This document shows, one piece after another, positions 39,930 through 51,050 of a stretch of DNA of 64,000 nt. Within the stretch, counting starts at the first letter, position 1. Every line of letters begins with the position of its first letter. The notes under the pieces were generated by a model. That model ran no database searches and had not been told where the DNA came from. It saw only the letters and a list, made by a program, of their open reading frames with translations. Origin of the DNA: Camelus dromedarius (lineage: Eukaryota). The translations under genes were made by a program, and so were the position numbers. The stretch lies in the NCBI RefSeq assembly GCF_036321535.1, contig NC_087436.1, positions 6,882,001 to 6,946,000 on the forward strand, written 5' to 3'.

Positions 39930-40470
39930 CTTTGATTTTTTTTTTTTAAATTAATTTAAGCAAATGGAGTCATTCTGTACTCACAGTTCTTGCCTTTCCT
40001 TGTAAATAATACTTCTGTGAGGTGGTCCCGAGTTCAGCCTCTTTCTGCTCCGCGCATCATCAGCTATGTTGGTGGTCCTCCCAGGGGTGGACCTTTGGGG
40101 AGTTTGCAGCGTCCTCGTCCCCTTACAAGTAGTGCTGTGGTCAGCATCATTATGCACGTGAGTATGTGTTTGTGCGTGCTGTTTGTGAACAGACAGATAC
40201 GATTCCTGGTAGTGGTTTACCAAACCTAGGGATATGTCGGTTAACAATTTGATAGGTAGTGCCAAGTGGCTCACTGAAAAAGCTGCTCCAGTTGTATTTC
40301 CATGAGCGGTGTGTGTAGAAATCCATGCCGCTGATGGCTTTTTATTAAACTTTCCCGATGTTGCCAATCTAAGAAGTGAAAAATTGTATCGCAGTGTTAC
40401 TAGATCACGTTTCTTTAATTCTGTGAAGTTGAGCTTTTTTCCCGTATGTTTGCTGGCTGGCATTGAAGGT
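39930..40470 (-). mobile_element. Highly diverged L1 (L1ME-like)
   Basis: aaatggagtcattctgtac...ttgccaatctaagaagtgaaaaattgtatc...gttgagcttttttcccgtatgtttgctggc. Confidence 0.65.
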
Positions 40471-42432
40471 GATTTTCACCCGTTTTACCTGTCAGTAAGA
40501 AATGATACCAAGTGGAGACAGGCTTCACGTGGTTCCTAGCACCTCAAAGGAGAAGTGCTAACATAGCGTCATGCAGTGTAACATCACAAAACAGTCTAAC
40601 CCAAGAGAAGTGCTTGTCTCAGTGCTGACTGGGGCGTCCGTGCAGAATGGAAGACAAAAAATTCCCTGTAAACTCCTGGATATGTGTGACCAAACATTTT
40701 TTCCACGTTGTGTCCATCTAAGATTATAGGAATAGTAATTCTTACTTTGTAGCAAAGAATGTTTTCTACAGCAGCTGAAATGTGTGACTTAACTTGGACA
40801 TTTATTTTTCTTTCGTAACTTTAAAAACAAAAAGAGATACCTTCATGCCATTCAGAACATGAAAAATCATGGTAATATCCTGTATTCTTTCTGTTTTGTT
40901 ATGATCAGAAGTTACTGGATTTACAGCTTTTACAAAAATGAGGAACATTTTTCTTATATGTAACGAATCCAGGTTGATTTCTGACAAAACTGATAAGCAA
41001 TTCATTTGCAGTATCTGAAAATAAATTATAGCATGGAAAAATCCGACTGGTACATTGGCAAGTAGAAGAACCAGATGAGCAAATATTTCATTTCTGTGTC
41101 TACATTTCATGAGTCAGTTTCACACAACAGCTGTTGTGGAGGCAGGATTGATCTACCAGAATACTTCATGGTTTATACAAAAAAAAGAAAAGAAAAGAAA
41201 AATAATATGGAATTTACTTGGCCATCAGAAGGTAAACTGAGCAAGTTTATCGCTAATAAATGAAAAAGATCGCTTAAAACATATAGTAGTTAAAAAGAGC
41301 CCGCCTTTTTTGGTTTCCACTGTCTGAGAGTTTTAACTGACAGAAAATGATGGCTAATTTTAAAAAGTTTCCTAGCTTATGAGTAGTGGCATTTATTGAA
41401 CCCTTGCTGTGTAAAACCGCTCCCCTGCATCGTGCAAAGCGGCTTGTCGGGGCTGGTGTGGGCTAAGGGCAGAGCTGGGTGTTTGAGTCCAGGGCCTCTG
41501 GTTCTGCAATGTACGTTCTCAAGCACTGAGTTCGACTGGACCCCAATTGTCTGGAGGAATACATGTGGCTTGTGCCTTGGGCATATACTGTTAAATAAGT
41601 ACCTGTTTATTTTAAAACATTAAAAAATTGTTCCCTGAGTACTTGTCAAGGATTAAGAAGAAATTGGTTCTGTCTGCAGTAAATACACATTTCTCCTCAT
41701 TTTGTTGATGAAGAATGTTGGTGTTGGTGCTGCTGTTGGTTCAGATCTTTATTTTCCCTTGTTTGGGTCCCAGAGAGGACGTGAGAACTCCTGCACCGCA
41801 TGGGCGCCCACAGAAGTGCGAGGGACATAGAAGTGCGTGTTGGCGATGTCTGTTTTTGCCATCTTACGGTATGCTCATGGAGAGTACATTTTCTGGCACA
41901 AAATATTCCGCTGGGCCTATACCTAGTTGATTAATAAAAGGAGAATTTGTGACAACCATCAGATATAATAGTTTGTCTTGACTGAGGGCTTGGATCAGAT
42001 TGTATACATTTTTTTTTTTTTTTACAGCAGAGGGACGTATATATGATGCAGAATTGCTCAGATTTTACATGGCTGCTTTAGAGCTGGCATTTGATGGGGA
42101 GTGAGTGACATGGAGTGGGTGTTTCTGGCTTTTTTTTTTTTTTTTTTTTTTTTTTTTTGATGGGCAGGGGCTTGTGGAGGAAGTATTTCTCTGATTCTGA
42201 ATAGGTGGCTCCCCTTTGGGCAGACCACGCTGTCACAGACACGTGGGGACCTTCAGCCACTCTAAGTGCAGACTCTGGGACCAGACAGGAGCATGGCACC
42301 AGGCCGTGTGGGTGGTGAGAGCAGAGCGCAGGCCGTACCGTCTGGTCCATTTGTTCAGGAAGTGATTTCACTGTGGCCACAGCCTGTCGGTCTTTTTTAC
42401 AGTCTCCTTCCCCTGTAATTCTTTTCTCCTCT

Positions 42433-42481
42433 GTGCGTGCGTGTGTGTGTGTGTGTGTGTGTGTGCGCGTGCATGTGTGTA
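42433..42481 (+). repeat. Imperfect (TG)n/(CG) microsatellite
   Basis: Seen directly. Confidence 0.9.
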
Positions 42482-43328
42482 TGACATGGAAACAGTGGAA
42501 CAGTGTGGGAAATGACCTTTAGTTTCCTTCTCTGGTCCCCTACTCCTCCTCTTGGAAGAGGACCCAGCACTGTTGAGAACTGGGTGGGTGTCCCTGAGTC
42601 CACGTTCTTCTTCGTTTACTCCGTATCTCCGGAAGCCATAGTTTGGTGGGTTTTCCCCCATGTATCATTCTGCAACTTGCCTTTTTCTCAGCCATGCTTC
42701 TTGCAGTCTCTTCATGTTGGTAGCTGTCTGGTTGGTGTGTAGAATTTCACAGTAGCACAGTTAATCTGGTTCCTTAGAAATGCATGTTTAGCGTGGTCTC
42801 CTGCTGTGTTTCTGTGTAACTCTTCCCATGTTGTTGAGCAGAGAAACTTAAATACTTGCTTGATTTAGTTTTGATTTGGCTGAAGCTGGGTCCTATGCTG
42901 TCATTAATCTGTTTTCTCATTCTCTCCGTTAGTCTCAGTTCATTTTATTATTTAAAAAAATCGTTTCAGTTATCCTCCAGCCATTCCTTTTTCTCACATA
43001 GGTGACCCAGTAGAACTGACCTGTGACCCGTATTGCACAGGCACCTGTAGCCTGGCCAGAGTCCGGGATGTTCTGGATGACCTTCGCAGAAGATTGTCAG
43101 TAACAAGCATTGCAATTGCAAGAAACCACTTGTCACGTCATAGTGGGTCTCGGATTTGCAGAGAGAGCCAAACTACACCCTTTTAAATACTTCTGATCAA
43201 GTTCCACTGATGACATCACTTGTTTCCTTATTTTCTCTTTTCTGATGATCACAGTACCGTTCAGAAAGTCCTGCTCAGGACTCAGTGTTCGCCTAATGCA
43301 ATTATCAAAATACAGGCTCTGTGTAGAT

Positions 43329-43621
43329 CAGTGCTGTCTGAGAGACGAGCCGCACGTGTGGTTTTAAATTTTCTGGTAGCCACATTAAAAAATGTAAAAC
43401 AAAATAGATGCCACGAATTTTATTTAACCCGTATATCCAAGGATATGTCATTTCAACATGAAAGCAGTGTAACTTACTGAGATATTTTACTTCTTTTCAT
43501 AGCAAGTCTCCAAAATGCAGTGTGCGTTTTACACTTTACAGCACATCTCCACAAGGACGCACCACGTTTCATGGATTCCACAGCCACCTGCGGTGAGTGG
43601 CTACCATATTGCATAGCACAT
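43329..43621. mobile_element. MER33-like hAT-Charlie element with 8-bp TSD
   Basis: Starts cagtgctgtc; internal ttttaaattttctggtagccacattaaaaa; ends tggctaccatattgcatagcaca. TSD gtgtagat (43321-43328) / gtgtagaa (43622-43629). Confidence 0.82.
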
Positions 43622-43654
43622 GTGTAGAAAATACAGTTTAAGAAGTATTAGTTG

Positions 43655-44060
43655 GCCAGCAAGATACCCAGATGGCAAGTAAACACATGAAAAGATGCTC
43701 CACAGCAAAGCTCCTCGGGGGATGTGAATTAAAACACCCGTGGGATTCCACTGCACACTTACTAGCACGGCCAAAATCCGGAACACTGACAACACCGAGT
43801 GCTGAGCGGGATGTGGAACAACAGGAACTTTCCTTCACTGCTGCTAGGAATGCAAATGGGGCAGCCACTTCGGAAGTCAGTGTGGTGCTTTCTCACAAAA
43901 TTAATACGCTCTTACTCACAAAGCGAATATACCCCAGCCACGGGATTCAGCAACTGTAGTCCTCGGTATGTGCCTAAAGGAGTTGAAAACGTAATTTCCC
44001 CACAAAACCCTGCACATGGATGTTTATAGCAGCTTGTCCTAAAGCTGCAAAAACTATCCA
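43655..44060 (+). mobile_element. Old L1 ORF2 3' fragment
   Basis: cagatggcaagtaaacacatgaaaagatgctc (MASKHMKRCS) ... cctgcacatggatgtttatagcagc. Confidence 0.85.
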
Positions 44061-45174
44061 AAAAAACTATTTCTTTTTAAGACACATTAATTACAACATT
44101 AATCTAATTTTTTTTTTCTTTTCTACATTACTGGTCTATTAACCGGTCTCTTTTTATTTGAAATGAAACATTAATGACTAATCATCATTGGGGGAAATTA
44201 TTTGCAACATTAAGGATACTATCTTTAAAGAACTCAGTAAGAAAGGCAAATGTATTAATAGTGAACGAAAGAAAAGGAAAAGTACAAAAACCCTTGGATT
44301 AAACAAATTTATTTCCTGCAGCATTTTTGGAGCCCTGGATTTTCAACTCTGCATTCCTGACTCTGCTGTGGGATGGAGTGGAGTATGTGTTCCCTAAACT
44401 GATGTGACTAGGCACCCCCTTTGCAAAAGCATCCTGGAGCGCACTCTGGGAAATACTGTTTTCAAGACAAACATAGAGCGCAGCAGAAGGAAAAAGGAGC
44501 TGGAATACCTACCCGTTGATTAAGAAGTAAAGTTGGCTCTTAAAATTATAATGTGGACATTTACAAAAATGCAAATTTAGTTGAAATTTCAGCTTTAGTT
44601 TTTCTTCTTCCTCCCCCATTCATCCCTTCTCTCTCTTGTTTTTTTTTTTTTCTTCCAACAAAATACTTTTATATAAATGATGAAAAACAACTAGGGAATT
44701 ATTCTGAATATTTTCCCCCTAAACAGATCATTTCTATGTGTATTGGTGATGTGAGTGCTCAAAAATTATGTTAAGTTTTAATGTGTTAGACAGTCCAATT
44801 TTGTAGAAACACTTACTAGAACAGAATTATTTAGGGTTGGGTAGGTTTGTCTCTTGTTTGTTTTAGAGCAGTCATCATCATAAGTTCATGGAAAAGTGGT
44901 TATCACAGAGAGATGTGACCTAGGACATAATTTTAAAACTTTATAAAATGTTGTAGCATGAACATTGTTCTAAAAGCAGTCGGTACAGGTGTCAGGTGTT
45001 GGATCTAGAAAATTCCCCTGTAATCTTAGTTCCTTCACTTAGAATATTTTGTTTTTTTGCCCCAGATTTTGCCAGTCCTAAAAGATTCGAGTAGTACTAA
45101 TTTTTTATGATCATTTATTTTTGTTTTTATTGTTATACTGTTACTGTTAGTAGTATCAGTGTATCTTACATTCA

Positions 45175-45775
45175 GGTAGTTATAGTCTGTAGAGATGTAA
45201 AGAACACTGAATTAGCAAATTCTGAACTATTGCTCCCAGGGGAGGTACACGGTTAGGGTCTTGCAAGCTTCTGGTCACATTTTCATCAACTGGTATAACC
45301 TTGTTTTACGTGTGTTTCTGTTTAAAGACACTTGCTCAGTATAGATTTTGCTACTGCACTAACACTGAACTCAGGGACAGCAGCGGAACAGAACACACCT
45401 GACTCAGGTGCATTCTCCCTGAGGCACCTCCCAGCCTTCCTGCCCTTAGGATCACTAGACAAAACTGCAGCATCTTTGGGGCCGTGAACAATGCGATCAC
45501 TAACGGGAAGCACAAACACGTGGAAACCAGGACACAGGATATTGCTCGTGAAGGATGCTGGTTTCCAGCGCAGGAACTGAAACAGGAGGGCATTGCCTCC
45601 TTCACCTCACACACCTTCTGGGACTGTGCACCAAGATGACTCACGTGTTCACCGCCCTGCACATGTCCCTGCACGACTGGGAAAGGGCGTCGAGTGTCGG
45701 ATTTGGGGCTGCACGTACATGTTCGCAAGTAGGCGAATTTACAAATGGGGACTCCCCAGTAACGAGGACCATGTG
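45175..45775. mobile_element. MER82-like TcMar-Tigger element
   Basis: attagcaaattctgaactattgctcccagggg...aaccttgttttacgtgtgtttctgtttaaagacac...gtaggcgaatttacaaat follows the recalled MER82 consensus. Confidence 0.8.
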
Positions 45776-47084
45776 CGTGTGGAGCGTTTAGGATGTGGCT
45801 CTGACCCGGAGGGTGTCAGGCTGCTGTCCAGCGCGCCGCCCATCCCTTCCGTCCCTTGCTCTTCTCCGTCGGGCCTCAGTCGGGGGGTGTGGTTGCTGCT
45901 GCTCTAGTCGGTGAGAAAAGCGGGATGTGATCAGGTCGCAAAGTCTGAGTGGTGAGCAGAACCAGGGCTTGTCTTCCTCCTGATTTTTTCGAGGGTTGGT
46001 GGCTGAATCCGAGTTCTGTACTGTGCTTTGGGAGTTACTGTCCTTTATGGTGGAAGCTGTGAATACTGCTTCCAAAGGTCGACCGCACCGTAGCAGCTTT
46101 AAAGCACTTTTGGTTGTGCTGTGTGGTTGTGGTGGTTTGACTTCTTTCCCCCCGTGATCTTACAGTTACTCACAGCTGCAGCCACAGATAGCAGCTTATC
46201 TACAGCGTCTAGTCTGGGTTGGTGCTGGTCATCTGATGTGGTAGGACACTGAACAGATGATTTGAATTGCAGTCAGATGACTAGTTTTCAACAGAGCACG
46301 TTTAACTGATTATTGAGAAGTATTTTGTTGTTGTTGTTGAGATTTTGAAATGGATTTAAAGGGGAGACTGAGTTTTTGAGGAAATCAAAGGACGTTTTAG
46401 GCACCTATTACAGATAATAGTTCAGTGCTGGGCTGGGGAGAAGGAATCTGAATGAGTAAGACCTGCTATTTCCTGGTTTTTAGGCGCTCACAGGATGAAA
46501 ACTATTGAGAAAAAGCAAAGAAAATAAGCCCCAAAGTGTTGTGGGCTTTTGGGGACGAGTTATTTTGGCTAGAGAGTCAGGTGCTTGGGGCAAGTGCGGT
46601 GAGAGGTAGGCTAAGGCAGGATCAGTTACTACTTTGTGCCACTACTTTTGGTAATTGTGTGTGTGTGTGTGTTTAACGTAGGCTGTCATCAAAGGTTCTC
46701 AAGTTCTGTGTTTCTGAAACATGACGATTGTGTGAAATTGATAGGCGGGGAAGACTGATGCCGTGGTGACGCCTTGGAAGAGGGGCAGGTCACGAGGTCT
46801 CGGCCGCAGGATGTCATTAAGGTGGGAGGAGAGCAAGTGGCTTTAAGCCCTCAGGTCTTTGCAGTGATGAATGTTTCTTCTCTCCTGGTCTGTAAGTCGT
46901 TCCCAAACTGGAACCCAGAACCCGGGATCCGGGGGCACCGTGTCCCTGGCCTGAACCTCTGATGTTCTTTTGCGATATTTTGTTCATTTATTTTTTTCAC
47001 CTGTGACAATGTAAGTTTTGGATTGATCTGTCCATGTGGATATGGTTCTTTCAAAAATAAATTTTTTTGTTCTTGAATAACTTT

Positions 47085-47245
47085 TTTTTTTATTTAAAAT
47101 ACTCTATTTACTTATTGTTGTATACCCGTATTTTTTGTTCTGGGGGTTCTAGGTTTATTTATTTTTAGAGGGGATGCTGGGGACTGAACCCAGGGCCTCG
47201 GGCATGCTGAGCACGCGCTCTACCACTGAGCCCTACCCTCCCCGC
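47085..47245 (-). mobile_element. vic-1-like SINE with extended tail and TSD
   Basis: Body ctggggactgaacccagggcctcg...ctctaccactgagc. TSD tcttgaataacttt (47071-47084) / tctggaataacttt (47246-47259). Confidence 0.88.
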
Positions 47246-47259
47246 TCTGGAATAACTTT

Positions 47260-48300
47260 AGATGAGAGGAGTTGGAAAGCTCCTGGTGTCCGCCCCTCTG
47301 CGTCCCTTCTGTCCTTACATCTTACGTTGCTGAGATTCACTTGTGAAACCGAGGAACAACACTGTGCGTTACTGTGACTAAACTGTCCACTTTCTTCCGG
47401 TTCCACTAGTTTCCCATGAATGCGCCCTCCTGTCCCCAGGCCCCGCCAGGACACCAGACCACGTCAGGACACCAGACCACGTCGGTCCTCACGTCTCCTC
47501 AGCCCCTTCTCACCTGTGTCCCTCACGCTCCCCTTGTTCCTTGGGACTTTGCAAGTTTTGGGGACTCAGGGTTATTTGGCAGAATGTCCCTCAGTGGGAT
47601 TTGTCTGATGTTCTTGTGGCTGTACTGCAGGCGTGAGATTCTGGGAGGGGGACCACGGAGGCAGAGTGCTGTTCATCATGCGGTACCAAGCCCGCATCCT
47701 AGGCGCCTGACTTGTCACAGGTGAGGCCGACCTTGTCCCCTGGCTGGTGTGGTGCTTCTCAGGTTCCTCTGCTATAGAGTTACGCCGGGCAGCTCTCCCC
47801 CCGTCTGTCCACACTCTGGTCTTTGGAAGCAAGTCATTCAATCCAGCCCATGCTCAGGGGGTGCGATAGGGGTGGGGACCTGAGCCCCATGCCCCGGAAC
47901 CATCTGTGTAAATAGTTTGGGATTCTCCTCTAAGGAAGATCACCTCTTCTTTCTCATTTATAATTCAATTATTTATGTCAGTGTGGGCTCAGATAAATGT
48001 TTTTTATTTTATTTTGTACTTTGGGGTATAATTTAAGAGGACATTATTTTATTGCTCTGAGTTTTCCGCCTTTTGGCATAGAAGCTCTTGTGGTTTTTTT
48101 TCCCTTGATCAATGGCTCTCTTTCCGGTACTCCTAAGTCTTGTGTTTTCTCACCTGTCTTAGAACCAGCCGTTTCTTTAAGGACCCCGGTTCCTTTTATT
48201 GGAGAAACTACGATCTGGGTGCTGGATGGGCTCCTTGCCCCTGGACTGTTTGCCCTTCTAGACCGTCTCCCCGGACAGAGCCGGTGTATAAATACATTTA
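47260..48300 (-). mobile_element. Old L1 3' UTR (L1MC/L1MD-like)
   Basis: gttatttggcagaatgtccctcagtgggatttgtctgatgtt...tttggaagcaagtca...cccggttccttttattggaga. Confidence 0.7.
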
Positions 48301-50904
48301 TACAGACACACACACAGGTGTAGTTCTTTGTATCAAGGGATTTGAATGTTCTCATGTGTGAAGCACATTTTGAAGTTGAAGTTATACTCCTCAGGCAAAC
48401 TGCCGTCTCTCTAGGCCCAGGGTTGAGTGTCTATAAATCCTAGAAGTAGATTAGACAGTGCTGTGAGGCACATATTTCCCCCAAAGTCTTCTCTTTCTCT
48501 TTCTTCTCTAAAGTTATTATATATTGATTACTGTTAACTCTTTGGGGATGAAAATCTAACCCATCTTTTTTGCTCTCTTCAAGAATAGTTTTTTTTCCCC
48601 CATAAGTGAAACATGTTTGAACACCTGGGGTTCATTCTGGGGTTTAGGAAGTTATAAGCTATAGGGTAGTTTCTTCTGCTGTTCAGTTTATTATGCAGAG
48701 GAAGTTCACATGCATGGATGGATTTCCACATTGGCCTGTGCACCCACTGTATTAGTATTTTTTCAGAAGAAGAGATATTTAAGCTGAGCAGTTAATCATC
48801 ATTTCTGAACTGTAAGAGCCTGTTAATGTTTTTCTAAATAAAAATAGAGAACTTTAATTTCTGGAGGAAGGCAGTTTCCCAACAATGTAATAGCATTTGA
48901 CTTAACACTTTCAGAAAGCTAGTTTTGGAAGTTATTTGCTGTGTTACTAGAATGACTTTGATCATCTTGTGACAGATGAGGGGGAGCCACAGACAAGCTC
49001 AGTGTGAACTGCTGTAAACACCTTGCAGGTGTTTTTCCTTTAAATAAAATTACCATTAGTGTAAGCATCACTATTTATATGATTTTTTATAATAAAAACA
49101 GGGAAATAATCCCAATATTATTGCCATCTTTCTGCTTCTTATCTTAATTACCAATTGGTCATAAATCGAAGCAGTAAACATCATCTCTGGTATTTGTGGG
49201 TTTAACAAATATTTTCAGAGCTGTGATAAGCAGCAGCATGGGCGGAACGCAGCAGAGGGGTTACAGCATTTCAGGTGCAGATTTATCTCATGTTGACCGC
49301 TTTTACCCTCTCTTCCTCAGGGTGACCGTTTATTAAAGTAAACTTGCCCAGACTTTCTGACATACTTTATACATCGCTTAAGTTTTATGTGTTAAAAAGA
49401 GCTAAGAAGTTGTATGATTCCATCTCCTTCCATTTTTCAGGTAAGAAGATTCCGCTCGGTGTAAGTGTGGTGTCTGTATCCCCCCAAATAGTCCACAGTA
49501 GGATCAGGAACAGGCTGTCCAGATACCCTGGCGTTTCCTCCAGTCCTTTCCCCCAAACTGTTACAGTGCAGTCTGATTTATTTTACATTTCATTGACCCT
49601 GTAACCCCCTTCTCATGTATTGTTGAATAAAAATTTGACCTTTTATTGAGCGAATTTTCGGGGCTGTTTGGCACGAGCCAGGCACTGCGCTTCGCAGTCT
49701 TACGTAGACTCTGTCCCTGAAGATTCATCAGAACGTTGTGCAGAGGCAGGTTAGGAAGCAGCGATTGAAAGCGTTTCATTTTTGTTGTGATTCATAACAT
49801 GATATGATTCATATCAGACTGTCAGACTTCAGGTATCTGTGGAATGGGGTGGACCGATGTTCCCAGATAATCTCAAAATGAGTTAATCTATTTCATTTGT
49901 GTTTACTAAGTGATCTAGGGTTTACAAAGCGCTGTGCAAAATGCGTATTTGCTGTAATGTGCATAAACACACTGTCCATGTATGGACATATATACACATA
50001 CGTATACATTTTGCAGTATGTTTATCTTAACTAACTTTGTAAGAATTGCTTAATATTAAAAATACATTTGTATTTTCTAAGACTCACTAGTTGGGAAGAA
50101 ATTGGCTTTTAGTTGCCTAATGGCAGAAAGTTTATGTGCACTGTTATTTAAAAATAATTCGCTTACTGAATGTAACGTGTCTCATTTTGCAAAGACAGGT
50201 ATTAAGGCTAATGATTAGTAAGCATTATGACAGAAGACATTTTATATTTTTTTCTGGCCTTGCCTAAGAAAAGATCAATCAGAATAAATACATCACGGTT
50301 TCAATTTTTTTGTTGCTGTTTTTATTATTTTGGCGGGGTGGGTCATGGTGGACAAATTACAGAGTAACATGAATTAACAGGGAAATCTTGTAAAGAAGAG
50401 AAAAGTTAGATCCAACTCTAGGGTGCTTTCATATTTGTAAAAAGGTACAGAATCTCATCTTTAAGACTTTTATTTTCACCATCAATCATGGTAGGAGATT
50501 ATCGAGAGGAAGTTTCTTTGGTTTGTCATTGTGAGGTCTCGTGAGAATATTTGTTGATAAGAGAAAGTTTGGGAAATTAAGAAATTACCACTGGACTCAT
50601 GTGTTTCTGGCCAATCTTTAGAGGAGTGTTGTATGTCGAAAGTGTGTTCTCGGCTCAGCCTGTCTTCTGTGTTCGCTGTCTGATTTCGGATTGTTGGCTC
50701 TCAGGTTGGCAGTGAGTGTTTGAATGCTTGTTATATGCCAGTTTATTCTCACTCTTACATGAGTGAATCACTATAGCTTTTCAGTAAATTACAATCACTA
50801 GCCCTTATGAGCATTAAAATTACCTGGTTCAGTGGACACGAGTTGACTTAGGTACAGAATTTGGGAAGTAGCTTGACCCTAGTGATCATCTGCTTCTTTT
50901 GTAT

Positions 50905-51050
50905 ATTGGAAACATCTGGGGACTTTTAAAAACGACTTGAAGTCCCACACCAGAGATTCCGATTTAATTGATTTGGAGTGTGGCCTTGGCGCCTGACTGC
51001 TGAAAAGTTCTCCCAGGTGATTCTGATGCAGTCAAGTTTGAGAGCGCTGC
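50905..51050. mobile_element. MER5A-like hAT-Charlie element
   Basis: cccacaccagagattccgatttaattgatttggagtgtggcc...tcccaggtgattctgatgcag...tttgagagcgctg. Confidence 0.8.

Noticed and set aside
15700..43010. Other sense AG|GT junctions (about 15719, 25787, 39122, 39198, 43001) as recursive sites
   Set aside because: The regenerated donors (GTGAAA, GTGATT, GTGAAT, GTGGAG, GTGACC) are weak compared with the 49440 site.
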